A stretch of 64,000 bases of DNA, from assembly GCA_963674945.2 (NCBI GenBank), contig CAXXWQ010000003.1, forward strand, positions 544,001-608,000, in the 5' to 3' direction. Each line of letters begins with the position of its first letter. Within the stretch, counting starts at the first letter, position 1. Under the pieces are notes generated by a model. It saw only the letters and a program-made list of their open reading frames with translations. It ran no database searches and was not told where the DNA came from. The position numbers and the translations under genes are program-made. Shown one piece after another: positions 28,702 through 37,777 of this stretch. The DNA is from an uncultured Desulfosarcina sp. (GTDB taxonomy: Bacteria; Desulfobacterota; Desulfobacteria; Desulfobacterales; Desulfosarcinaceae).

Positions 28702-28793
28702 TGGAAGGGGCAAGGGGAATCGAACCTCCTCCCCGCTTTTCAGACGAGGCCAGCGGTTTTGAAGACCGTGGGGTGCCCAGCACCATTGCCCCT
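28702..28793 (-). tRNA. selC: non-canonical UCA-anticodon tRNA, SelC*-type tRNA-Cys(UCA)
   Basis: 8-bp acceptor AGGGGCAA/UUGCCCCU, discriminator U, encoded CCA; loop CU-UCA-AA; long variable arm; T-stem GG(A)GG/CCCC with UUCGAUU loop. Confidence 0.88.
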
Positions 28794-29160
28794 ATATGGA
28801 ACCGATCCATTCGTTGATCAGGTATTTGGAACGTAAATTGTCTATCTTGCTTCTAAGGATATCATTCATTAATTGGAAATAGACTTCCAAGGAAGAAGTT
28901 CAGTAATACAAACGAAAAAAGGCTTTTTGTAAAACGCTTTTCCCTTGTAATCAATCGACAAAATAATGGAAGAATGAATTTCTTTCGCAATACTGCTTGG
29001 CCATGTTTGGACGGGAAAAGCTTTTTAAGAATTAAATTGAGATCATTGATTAGTCAAACAGTAAATATCTATACATACTCACTTTATCATCGAGAAAATA
29101 AATTTGACATTTCATCCAACTTGAGACATTGAAGTTAGAATTTTTTATTACCTGCAAAAA

Positions 29161-29481
29161 GGTTGATTCCATGCTGCGGCTTTTCGGCTTTACATGACGG
29201 TGCTCCGACTCGCTACCCGGGTTGGTGTGCACCGTAGGAGACTGAAAGGCCGTATTTTTGCGTTGTTCCCGCCTCGCGTCAACACCACATGATGGCGCCG
29301 AACTCACATCAATGCGAAAAACGGCACAAGATGAAACAATCCGTGGTCCTGAAGGCCCATAGGATCTCCCATCGTTGTACCGGTGTGGTCCGATCCCAAA
29401 AGGCAACCTGCGTCCGCGTATTAAAAAAAACGGCAACCGAAATTCGGTCAGCCCATTACGGATCGACGAAAGGAACGACCC
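29161..29481 (+). promoter_or_regulatory. structured leader with UGA-terminated uORFs and a SECIS-like hairpin
   Basis: uORFs 29171-29197, 29194-29292, 29289-29489; stems 29197-29235, 29249-29325, 29339-29463. Confidence 0.5.
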
Positions 29482-30813
29482 ATGAATGAAACAGAGGTAA
29501 TAAAAATTCAATCGAATCGAAAAAATGCTTTCATCGAAAAGGTCAAAGAGATTCTTCCCGATGGTGGGAACCTGAATCTGTGTCTCACCTGCGGAGCCTG
29601 TGCGGCGGGTTGCCCGGCCACCGGACTGGAGGGCATGGATCCCCGAAAATTCCTTCGGCTGGCGGCCCTGGGCCTGGATGAAGAGATCACCAAGCATCCC
29701 TGGGTGTGGATGTGTTCCATGTGTGCCCGTTGCACCTATGTCTGCCCCATGAGTATCAATATCTCAGGATTGATTTTCGAGGCACGGAAGTTATGGCCGC
29801 GGGAGGAACGGCCCAAAGGGATATTGGGATCCTGCGACATGGCGCTTCGCAACGAAAGCGGCAGTGCAATGGGAACGCCACCCGAGGATTTCACCTTTGT
29901 GGTGGAAGACGTACTCGAAGAAGTACGCGAGACCCAACCGGGCTGGGAAGATCTTCAGGCACCCCTCGAAAAGCAGGGTGCCCATTTCTTCGTCAGCCAG
30001 AACTCTCGGGAACCGGTAACGGAACCCGACGAGATGGTACCACTGTGGAAAATCTTCCACTTGGCAGGCATCGACTGGACTTACAGCAACCAGGCCTGGG
30101 GCGGCGAAAACTACTGCATGTTCCTGGCAGACGATGAGAACTGGAAAAGGGTCGCCAACAATACACTGAAACGGGCCGAAGAGCTGGGTTGTAAGGTTTA
30201 TTTGAATACCGAATGCGGCCACTCCACCTTTTCCGTGTGGGAAGCGAACAGACGCTACGGCATTGACTCTCCGCTGGAAATCGCCCCAATGGTGGCCTAT
30301 TACTATGAGTGGATCAAATCGGGAAAACTCAAAGTCAGTTCCGACTGGAACAAAGACCGGAAAATCAAGTTCACGGTCCAGGATCCCTGCAACCAGATCC
30401 GGAAGAGCTATGGGGACGAGCAGGCCGATAAGATGCGCTACGTGGTCAAGGCCTGCGTGGGAGAAGAAAACTTCGTGGAAATGTACCCCAACAAGTCCAA
30501 CAACTTCTGCTGCGGCGGCGGTGGCGGATATTTGCAGTCCGGCTACACCCAGGCGCGCCTTGCCTACGGAAAGATCAAATCCGACCAGATCATCACCACC
30601 GGCGCGGATTATTGCCTGACGCCCTGCCACAACTGCCATGCACAGATTCACGAACTGTCCCATCATTATGGTGGAAACTTTCAAGTCACCCATATGTGGA
30701 CGATCATCGCACTATCGCTTGGCATTCTGGCCGAAAACGAGAGAGAATATCTGGGAGACGATCTGAAGGATGTGTGGCTGCCCGGCGAACCGGGAACGCC
30801 GAGTCCATTTTAG
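29482..30813 (+). CDS. HdrD/GlpC-like Fe-S (CCG-domain) oxidoreductase
   Basis: CLTCGACAAGCP, CSMCARCTYVCP, NTECGH, QDPC, CCGGGG, PCHNC. Confidence 0.9.
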   Translation: MNETEVIKIQSNRKNAFIEKVKEILPDGGNLNLCLTCGACAAGCPATGLEGMDPRKFLRLAALGLDEEITKHPWVWMCSMCARCTYVCPMSINISGLIFEARKLWPREERPKGILGSCDMALRNESGSAMGTPPEDFTFVVEDVLEEVRETQPGWEDLQAPLEKQGAHFFVSQNSREPVTEPDEMVPLWKIFHLAGIDWTYSNQAWGGENYCMFLADDENWKRVANNTLKRAEELGCKVYLNTECGHSTFSVWEANRRYGIDSPLEIAPMVAYYYEWIKSGKLKVSSDWNKDRKIKFTVQDPCNQIRKSYGDEQADKMRYVVKACVGEENFVEMYPNKSNNFCCGGGGGYLQSGYTQARLAYGKIKSDQIITTGADYCLTPCHNCHAQIHELSHHYGGNFQVTHMWTIIALSLGILAENEREYLGDDLKDVWLPGEPGTPSPF

Positions 30814-30924
30814 CATTCAGCAATAGTATATCATCCAAAGGAGAAACCATGTCCCACCGGGGACATTAAACCGTCACCTTTCAGAGACATAGGCCGAGCG
30901 ATTGTCGAGCTTGCCACAGATGCT

Positions 30925-31437
30925 ATGATAGAAAACATACACGTAGATCCCAAACTGGAAAAATGTCTGACGGTATTGGAGAGGGGTGGCCGGCGTTCCT
31001 GTTTGGCCGCGGATCGGGTACGGTCGATCATCGCCGAACTCAAGCAGGGAGAAATGCCAACCCATGAAATATGTTCGTTCACCAAAAACGGAGAGGCCCG
31101 CATCAAAGGATGCCGGAAGTACGACCTTGGCGCCGGCTATCGTCTGGTCACATTGAAACGGGGAAACGACCTGTACCTGCTATACGCAGGAACCCACGAC
31201 GAGTGCGGTCGCTGGGTTGAGAACAATCGGGAACAATTGGCCTTGGAAATGATCGGTCAGCGCAGTACCACCATCAGGCGTACCACGGCGAAATGCGCTT
31301 CAAAGACAAGCTGCCGGGGTCTGCCGGATCAGGAACAGGAAGAGGAGGAGGATTGGATCCCCCCCCTGGATGATCAAGACCTTCGGATCATTTTTAAAGG
31401 ATTGATCCAAAGCGTCGGCGAAAAGTCCAACCAATGA
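30925..31437 (+). CDS. hypothetical protein with RelE/ParE-like motif
   Basis: KYDLGAGYRLV...LLYAGTHD; acidic C-terminus. Confidence 0.55.
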   Translation: MIENIHVDPKLEKCLTVLERGGRRSCLAADRVRSIIAELKQGEMPTHEICSFTKNGEARIKGCRKYDLGAGYRLVTLKRGNDLYLLYAGTHDECGRWVENNREQLALEMIGQRSTTIRRTTAKCASKTSCRGLPDQEQEEEEDWIPPLDDQDLRIIFKGLIQSVGEKSNQ

Positions 31438-31457
31438 GCTGCAATAAAGGAGAAAAA

Positions 31458-31772
31458 ATGATCAACGTCACTCAAGCCGCCATCGATGCATTAACCGACT
31501 ATTTCCGTACCGCCGAACGGAAACCGGTACGGATTTTTCTGACCCAGGGGTGTGGTGGCCAACGTCTGGCAATGGCCCTGGACGAAACCAAGGAAAGCGA
31601 TTCGGTGTGCACAGCCGGTGATCACCAGATCATCATGGACCGGACGCTTTTGGAGGAGGCGAAGCCCGTGGACGTGGATTATTCGGACATGGGGTTCAAG
31701 ATCGCCTCCAATCTCGAATTGGGCGGCGGTTGCCAAAGTTGCGGAACCGCCGGAAGCTGCTGTTCATCGTAA
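31458..31772 (+). CDS. IscA/HesB-like protein (Cys form)
   Basis: VTQAA, RIFLTQGCGG..LAMALDE, C-terminal GGCQSCG..GSCC; AGGAG RBS. Confidence 0.85.
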   Translation: MINVTQAAIDALTDYFRTAERKPVRIFLTQGCGGQRLAMALDETKESDSVCTAGDHQIIMDRTLLEEAKPVDVDYSDMGFKIASNLELGGGCQSCGTAGSCCSS

Positions 31773-31814
31773 AAAAGGCGACTTGACACCTTTTTTACGG
31801 AGGTTAAACAATAG

Positions 31815-31844
31815 ATCGAAAAGGCGCCTCGGCGCCTTTTCGAT
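31815..31844. terminator. bidirectional intrinsic terminator
   Basis: perfect inverted repeat ATCGAAAAGGCGCC-TC-GGCGCCTTTTCGAT. Confidence 0.75.
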
Positions 31845-32112
31845 TCGTTGACAACGCCGCCGAAGTTTGCTGATAGAAGCTCCGTTGAAGCCGATGGATA
31901 TGATCCGGGCATTACGAAAATGCCTCGTCACTTCACGTAACGTACCACAATCACCGATCACCTGCTCTACAGGGAATCGGTAATTTCCCCAGAGTTCATC
32001 CCATCCAATGTACCCCATATGAAAAACAAGCTCGTGGATTGATCAAAATGAAACGGACAGTACTAAGTTATTTTATAGGATACTCAACCTTATGGGAAAA
32101 AAGTGCAAACCG

Positions 32113-33372
32113 CTATTCGTGGCGTAATGCTTCGATTGGATCCAACCTGGCCGCCTGGCGGGCAGGGAAGTACCCGAACAGGACGCCCACGGCGGCGGAG
32201 AAGAGAAAAGCAATGATGGTAATTCCAAAATCGAAAACGAAGGGAACATCCAGCAGGTTGGCACCCATGACCGCCGCTGCCAACCCGAGCAGAATCCCCG
32301 CCAAGCCACCAAAGGCAGAGAGAACGACCGCCTCAATGAGAAATTGCAGTAGTACCTGGCGCGCCAGTGCACCGATGGCCAGACGGATCCCGATCTCTCG
32401 GGTTCGCTCGGTAACCGATACCAGCATGATGTTCATGATGCCGATACCGCCCACCAAAAGGCTGACGGCCGCCACTGCTCCCAATAATGCCGTGAGAACA
32501 CGGGTCGTGTCTGTCAGGGTACTCACGATCTCCTGCATGTCCCGCACGAAAAAGTCATCTTCTTTATTTCCCGTGATCTTTCGCCGCTGACGCATCAAAA
32601 GTTCGACATCTGTTTTGACCCTTTCCGTTTTTATCCTCTTTTCGTGAAGACCGGTGACTGGGACGCCGCCGGGGAGGATGGGGCAGGAGTTTTTGAATCA
32701 GGTTGCCGCCCTGTCTGGTGCCTGTTCGCCCATCGACCGGCGGAGTATAGCGGAAAGCGGCATTGGGGATCAGCAGGGTATTTTCCATCCGATGAACCGT
32801 GATTTCCGCCGTGGCCGTCATTCCAGGCCGCAGGGTCAAATCCGAATTGTCCACATCGAGTACAGTGGCATAGGTAACAACGCCATCAACGGTTTTGGCT
32901 CCATAGCGGACTTTGGTGACATGGGCTGGAAACGGCGATCCGAATAGGCATCCACAGTGAATTCAGCCGTCTGACCGGCACTGACGGCGCCTACGTCGGC
33001 CTCATCCACATCCACGATCAACTCCATGCGGGCAAGATCTTCGGCCAGGATGAAGAGTACCGGCGCCTGGAGGGATGCCACGGCAGCATCCAGATCGATC
33101 TGCGAAACGGCCTTGTTGCCGCTGATCTCGCGAAAACGGTTGAGCCGATCCACCTGGTTCCGGGCCTCATCGACAGTGGCTTGGGCCGACAGCACTTTGG
33201 ATTGCAACACCTTTGCCCTTAGTTTGGTGGTATCCAACACCGCCAGTGCCTGCCCCACCGTTACCCGATCGTTATAGTCCACTGCCACTTTCTCAACAAT
33301 TCCGGGGCTCGCTGCCCACATCCGCCTGATTGGTGGGTGCCAAATTGCCGGTGGCGGTGACCGTAACGATCA
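32113..33372 (-). pseudogene. eroded macA/macB-like efflux adaptor and ABC permease remnants
   Basis: MacB C-terminus GGIGIMNIMLVSVTERTREIG..DPIEALRHE without N-terminus; MacA pieces (VTATGNL..GSE, LRPGMTA) with frameshifts and deletions. Confidence 0.85.
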
Positions 33373-33778
33373 GAATCGTTGTTGTATATGAATGCAAGTG
33401 AGAAGTCTTATAGAATCGCGGTTCTTACTAAAGCATCGCTTCTAATGTCAATATGGTTTTCATGGGTAAGAACTTTTTTACGCCCTTGGCACGATATTTC
33501 TCAATCTGACGATCAATAAAAAGCATTCCGTGCCAGCGGAAAATTTTACTTGACTGAAATTCGATAATGAGTTAAAGACCACAATCTTTGTTGGGAATCG
33601 CCTTTCCAAATCTGGCGCCATGAAGGTGCCACGACCCGACAATCTACTCGTCAAAAACAATCCAGACTTATAATGTAGTGTTGCCAAGAAGGCGGACGCA
33701 AATCATGGCGAACCGGGATGCTGCCCGGTGTTGCTCGCCTTTATTTCCGGCAGTCGTGCCGTTTGTTGGGGAGATATT

Positions 33779-34564
33779 ATGCGTTTGAAAATACTTTTTG
33801 GCCTATGGATGATGGTTTTCTTTTTCCTGGGAACGTTGCCTTGTCCGGCCGAAGAGCCCGGCAAATCGGGATTGAAGCGGCAGGTCGAACGGTTGGTCGA
33901 CGAATCCGTCGACATTCGTCAGGCGACCCAAAAAGAGAGCGAACAATGGCGGGAGGAAAAGCAAGCGCTGATCGACCGGTACGAGCTTCTGGAGAAGGAG
34001 CTCGTGCAACTTACGGCCCAAGAGCGTCAATTGGCGGAGAAAAATTCCGCCTGCCGGCAACGTATCGCCGAGAAACAACGGCAATTGGAGAATTCGGAGA
34101 GAATCCAGTCCGAGATTGCGCCCCTGATCGACGCCCAGGTCGCCAAACTCAATCGCCACCTCACCACCGACCTGCCGTTCCTTCCCGATGAACGCCGCCA
34201 ACGGATCGATCGATTGGAAGCCCTGCGCCTGGATCCGGACATTGCCGCTGGTGAGAAATTCCGCAAGCTGATGGAAGCGCTTCTGGTGGAGGCCGAATAC
34301 GGAAACACGATCGAGGTGTACCAGCAAACCGTCGGCGTTGCCGGCAAGGAAATGCTGGTCAATGTGTTCCGCCTCGGCCGCATCGGGCTCTTCTTTCAAA
34401 CCCTGGACGGCAAAACCAGCGGCATCTTCGATGTGGCTTCCTCAAAATGGCAACCCCTGCCTCCTTCGACCAACCAGGTCATTTGCGCGGCGATGGACAT
34501 CGGATCGAAACGGCAGCCGGTGGAAATGCTGACCTTGCCGTTGGGAAGGATGCGCGTCCAATGA
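33779..34564 (+). CDS. DUF3450-family protein
   Basis: signal peptide, coiled coil, DLPFLPDER, EAEYG, LGRIGL. Confidence 0.85.
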   Translation: MRLKILFGLWMMVFFFLGTLPCPAEEPGKSGLKRQVERLVDESVDIRQATQKESEQWREEKQALIDRYELLEKELVQLTAQERQLAEKNSACRQRIAEKQRQLENSERIQSEIAPLIDAQVAKLNRHLTTDLPFLPDERRQRIDRLEALRLDPDIAAGEKFRKLMEALLVEAEYGNTIEVYQQTVGVAGKEMLVNVFRLGRIGLFFQTLDGKTSGIFDVASSKWQPLPPSTNQVICAAMDIGSKRQPVEMLTLPLGRMRVQ

Positions 34565-36000
34565 GACTCACCCGCTTATGTGAATCATCGGCCCTTGTTC
34601 TCACGTTCGTCCTGGCCTTTGCAACCCTTTGCCAGTCGCAGGATATGCGCGACATGCATATTCGGGCCAGGGAACAGCTTCTCGAAAAATCGGCTGCCGA
34701 GAAGCAGGCTGCGGTAGAGGAAGCGGCCCGGGGAAAGGCCCGCATAATCGACGACCGCACGCAACTGGAGCAGTCATTGAAGGATCTGGAGTCCCGGGTT
34801 CAGTCGGTGCATCGGAAAATCGAAGGGCTCGAAACCGAGGAAACGGCGCTCGAAACCGAGGAGACCGAGCTGAACCAAAAGATCGCCCTGACCGATAGTA
34901 TGGTCCGGGAAATGGTCGGTGTGATCCGGGTCACGGCCAAGGATATCGTCACCCTCATCGACGGCAACCTGCAAAGCGCCATCGCCGACAAGCCGATGGG
35001 AGTGCTACGGTCCATTGCCGGTCAGGCCCGTTTTCCGGGAATGGAAGAGATCGAGACCATGGTGGCCCAACTGTGGCGGGAGATTCGCGATGCCGGCAAC
35101 GTTTATCTTACCTCCGGGACCATCGTCGACCGAGGCGGCAACCGCAGCCGGGCGGACATTCTCGTTCTGGGCAACTTCACGGCGGCCTATCGCATCGGCG
35201 AGGAGGTCGGTTTTCTCAACTACTCGGCATCCGGTCATAACCTGTTCGCCCTTTCCAAGCTGCCCCCAAAGCGGATGCAGAAATCCTTGTTTACTTACAT
35301 GCATGGAAAAAGCGATGCCGTTCCCATGGACATCTCCCGTGGCGCAGCCCTCGGCCAGCTCACCCATTCCCTCAGCCTATGGCAGCAAATTCCCAAGGGC
35401 GGCCCCATCGTCTGGCCGATCCTGGCCATTTTGGCCCTGGCCGTCATGATCGTGATCGAACGGGTTATTTTCCTGCTGCGCAAGCGCCTGGATGCGGACG
35501 GCCTTACCGACCGCATCGCATCCCTGGCCAAGACCGGAGACTGGAAGAAATGCGCGGATATGTGCGCCCGCCAGGGCAAAAAGCCCGTGGCGCGGGTAGT
35601 GGCCGCCGGTCTGGCGTGCTTCCCGGAAATTCAGCGGGAAACCATGGAAAACGCCCTCCAGGAGGCGATTTTAAAGGAAATCCCGCCCATGGAGCGGTTT
35701 TTGTCCACCCTGGGCATGCTGGCCGCCATCGCCCCGCTGCTGGGTCTCTTGGGAACGGTGACCGGTATGATCGACACGTTTCATGTGATCACCCGGCACG
35801 GAACCGGCGATCCGCGGTTGATGTCGGGAGGCATATCCGAAGCCCTGGTGACCACCATGCTGGGACTCACCGTGGCGATTCCCATCATGCTTGCCCACAC
35901 CCTGCTTAGCCGGGCCGTGGACAAACGAATCGGCCAAATGGAAGAAAAGGCCGTGACCCTCGTCAATATCGTTGAAAAAAACAATGACGCCGGCAATTGA
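34561..36000 (+). CDS. MotA/TolQ/ExbB protein with N-terminal periplasmic coiled coil
   Basis: APLLGLLGTVTGMI, GGISEALVTT. Confidence 0.9.
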   Translation: MRLTRLCESSALVLTFVLAFATLCQSQDMRDMHIRAREQLLEKSAAEKQAAVEEAARGKARIIDDRTQLEQSLKDLESRVQSVHRKIEGLETEETALETEETELNQKIALTDSMVREMVGVIRVTAKDIVTLIDGNLQSAIADKPMGVLRSIAGQARFPGMEEIETMVAQLWREIRDAGNVYLTSGTIVDRGGNRSRADILVLGNFTAAYRIGEEVGFLNYSASGHNLFALSKLPPKRMQKSLFTYMHGKSDAVPMDISRGAALGQLTHSLSLWQQIPKGGPIVWPILAILALAVMIVIERVIFLLRKRLDADGLTDRIASLAKTGDWKKCADMCARQGKKPVARVVAAGLACFPEIQRETMENALQEAILKEIPPMERFLSTLGMLAAIAPLLGLLGTVTGMIDTFHVITRHGTGDPRLMSGGISEALVTTMLGLTVAIPIMLAHTLLSRAVDKRIGQMEEKAVTLVNIVEKNNDAGN

Positions 36001-36604
36001 TCTGATTCGCGAATGCTTCCTGAAACTGGAAGACTACCTGCAGACAGGCGGTGTGGTGATGCTGCCGCTGGTGGCGGTGAGTCTTGTCATGTGGCTGTTG
36101 ATCATGGATCGGGCCATCTTCTTCAGACGCATGTACCGCCGGAATATGAGCTATCGGACCGCCTGGTCCCACGTGCGGGAAAACCGGATGCCCGATCCCG
36201 AAAAATACAGTGGCGCCGTTTCGCTGCTGGTGGCGCGCTTCATACCGGCCCGCAGCGGCGAGCCGGTCCTGGATCGTTTTATTCTGGATGAAACGGTGAT
36301 GCTCTTACACCGCAGCCTTTCCGACTATCTGGCGTTGATCGGCGTGCTTGCCGCCATTGCCCCTCTTCTCGGTTTGCTGGGCACGGTGACCGGCATGATC
36401 GCCACCTTCGACGTACTTTCCGTATTCGGCACCGGCAACGCAAAGGCCATGGCCGGCGGTATTTCCGAGGCCCTGATCACCACCCAGACCGGGCTGCTGG
36501 TGGCCATCCCGGGACTTTATATGAAAGGGTTTCTGGAGCGCAGGGCACGTACATTGAAACAACGCATCCTTGCCGTGGGGCTTTTTCTGAGGAGGCAATT
36601 GTAA
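35984..36604 (+). CDS. exbB: ExbB/TolQ proton channel protein
   Basis: APLLGLLGTVTGMI, GGISEALITT. Confidence 0.9.
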   Translation: MTPAIDLIRECFLKLEDYLQTGGVVMLPLVAVSLVMWLLIMDRAIFFRRMYRRNMSYRTAWSHVRENRMPDPEKYSGAVSLLVARFIPARSGEPVLDRFILDETVMLLHRSLSDYLALIGVLAAIAPLLGLLGTVTGMIATFDVLSVFGTGNAKAMAGGISEALITTQTGLLVAIPGLYMKGFLERRARTLKQRILAVGLFLRRQL

Positions 36605-36605
36605 C

Positions 36606-37028
36606 ATGCTCAACATCACCGCCGGCCGACGCACCAAGCGAACTCCCGCCGAATTGAATATTGCCCCGTTGATCGACATGGTGTTCATTCTGCTGATTTT
36701 CTTTCTGGTCAATACCAGCTTCGTGAAAGAGACCGGCATCGAAGTGAGCCGTCCCACGGCCTCCACCGCGGCCAGCCAGTCCAAGGCCACGATCCTGATC
36801 GGTATCGATGCCGCAAATCGTATTTTCATCAACCGTCGCGAGGTGGATGTACGCGCTGTTCGGGCCAATGTGGAGCGTGCCCTGGCCGAAAATCCCGAAG
36901 GTGCCGTGGTGGTGGTGGCGGATAAGGCCAGCAGCACCGGCATTGCCATCCAGGTAATGGACGGCTGCCGCATCGCTGGCGCACAAAATGTCTCCCTGGC
37001 GGCGATGCTGCCCCAGGAGAACCGGTAA
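36606..37028 (+). CDS. exbD: ExbD/TolR
   Basis: NIAPLIDMVFILLIFF. Confidence 0.92.
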   Translation: MLNITAGRRTKRTPAELNIAPLIDMVFILLIFFLVNTSFVKETGIEVSRPTASTAASQSKATILIGIDAANRIFINRREVDVRAVRANVERALAENPEGAVVVVADKASSTGIAIQVMDGCRIAGAQNVSLAAMLPQENR

Positions 37029-37052
37029 CCATATGCAAAAATACCATCGGCT

Positions 37053-37751
37053 ATGAATCGTCATTCGGATACGACCGCCTATTTCGAAACCCAGATTCAC
37101 CGCAACTGGCTGACATGGCTGTGGGCCGTCCTGGGTGCGCTGACGTTGAATCTGGCGCTTTTTGCCGTCATGCCGCACCTTTTGCATCCGGTGAAAAACA
37201 GAGCGGTGTTCGATACGCTTGTTTCGCACATCAACGTGATCCGTATCAAACGGCCGGAAACGCCGGTAAAGCGCAACAACGAAAACCCCCCGGAACCGCC
37301 TCCCCCAAAGCGGCATTTGAATGAACCGCTGAATCGAAAACCCATTGCCGCGAAAATGACATTGCCTTTTTCCATCAATCCGCGTCTGCCCACGACGCCG
37401 AATGCCTTACACCTGCCGGTTCAATCGATGGAAGCACCGGACACGATGGATGCGGGCGGAATTTTTGCCGTCGGAGATTTGGATTCGCCCCTGACAGTGC
37501 TGGCCCGCATGCCTCCCATCTATCCCTTGAATGCCAAACACCGGGGTATCGAAGGATGGGTCCGCATCCGATTCATTGTAAACGAAGACGGCGGCGTGAC
37601 AGACATCGACGTAGTGGAGAGCGAACCGTCGGGCGTATTCGATCAGAGCGTGATTCGTTGTGTCTCCGGTTGGCGTTTTCGCCCGGGAACGGTAGAGGGC
37701 ATGGCAGTAAAAACCTGTGCCGAAACGACCATCCGGTTCACATTGGATTAA
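37053..37751 (+). CDS. tonB: energy transducer TonB
   Basis: N-terminal TM, Pro-rich spacer, YPLNAK..GIEG.V, WRFRPG. Confidence 0.9.
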   Translation: MNRHSDTTAYFETQIHRNWLTWLWAVLGALTLNLALFAVMPHLLHPVKNRAVFDTLVSHINVIRIKRPETPVKRNNENPPEPPPPKRHLNEPLNRKPIAAKMTLPFSINPRLPTTPNALHLPVQSMEAPDTMDAGGIFAVGDLDSPLTVLARMPPIYPLNAKHRGIEGWVRIRFIVNEDGGVTDIDVVESEPSGVFDQSVIRCVSGWRFRPGTVEGMAVKTCAETTIRFTLD

Positions 37752-37777
37752 ACGGTATTCAGTAAGGAGGTGCGGCG

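Noticed and set aside
28702..28793. Calling the tRNA a canonical tRNA-Sec
   Set aside because: A1-U72, U73 and a 4-bp bulged T-stem contradict the 8/5, G73 tRNA-Sec pattern
31764..32018. 84-aa minus-strand ORF
   Set aside because: Runs through terminator hairpins; no recognisable motif
33487..33535. TGGCACG...CGTGCCA as sigma54 promoters
   Set aside because: Neither orientation has GC at the GG-N10 position; the inverted pair alone is too short to call
33590..33778. Cobalamin riboswitch before the Ton operon
   Set aside because: Some hairpins and one GGGAA, but no B12-box or other core consensus
34827..34868. 21-bp tandem repeat (LETEETA-LETEETE)
   Set aside because: Ordinary coiled-coil heptad duplication within a CDS
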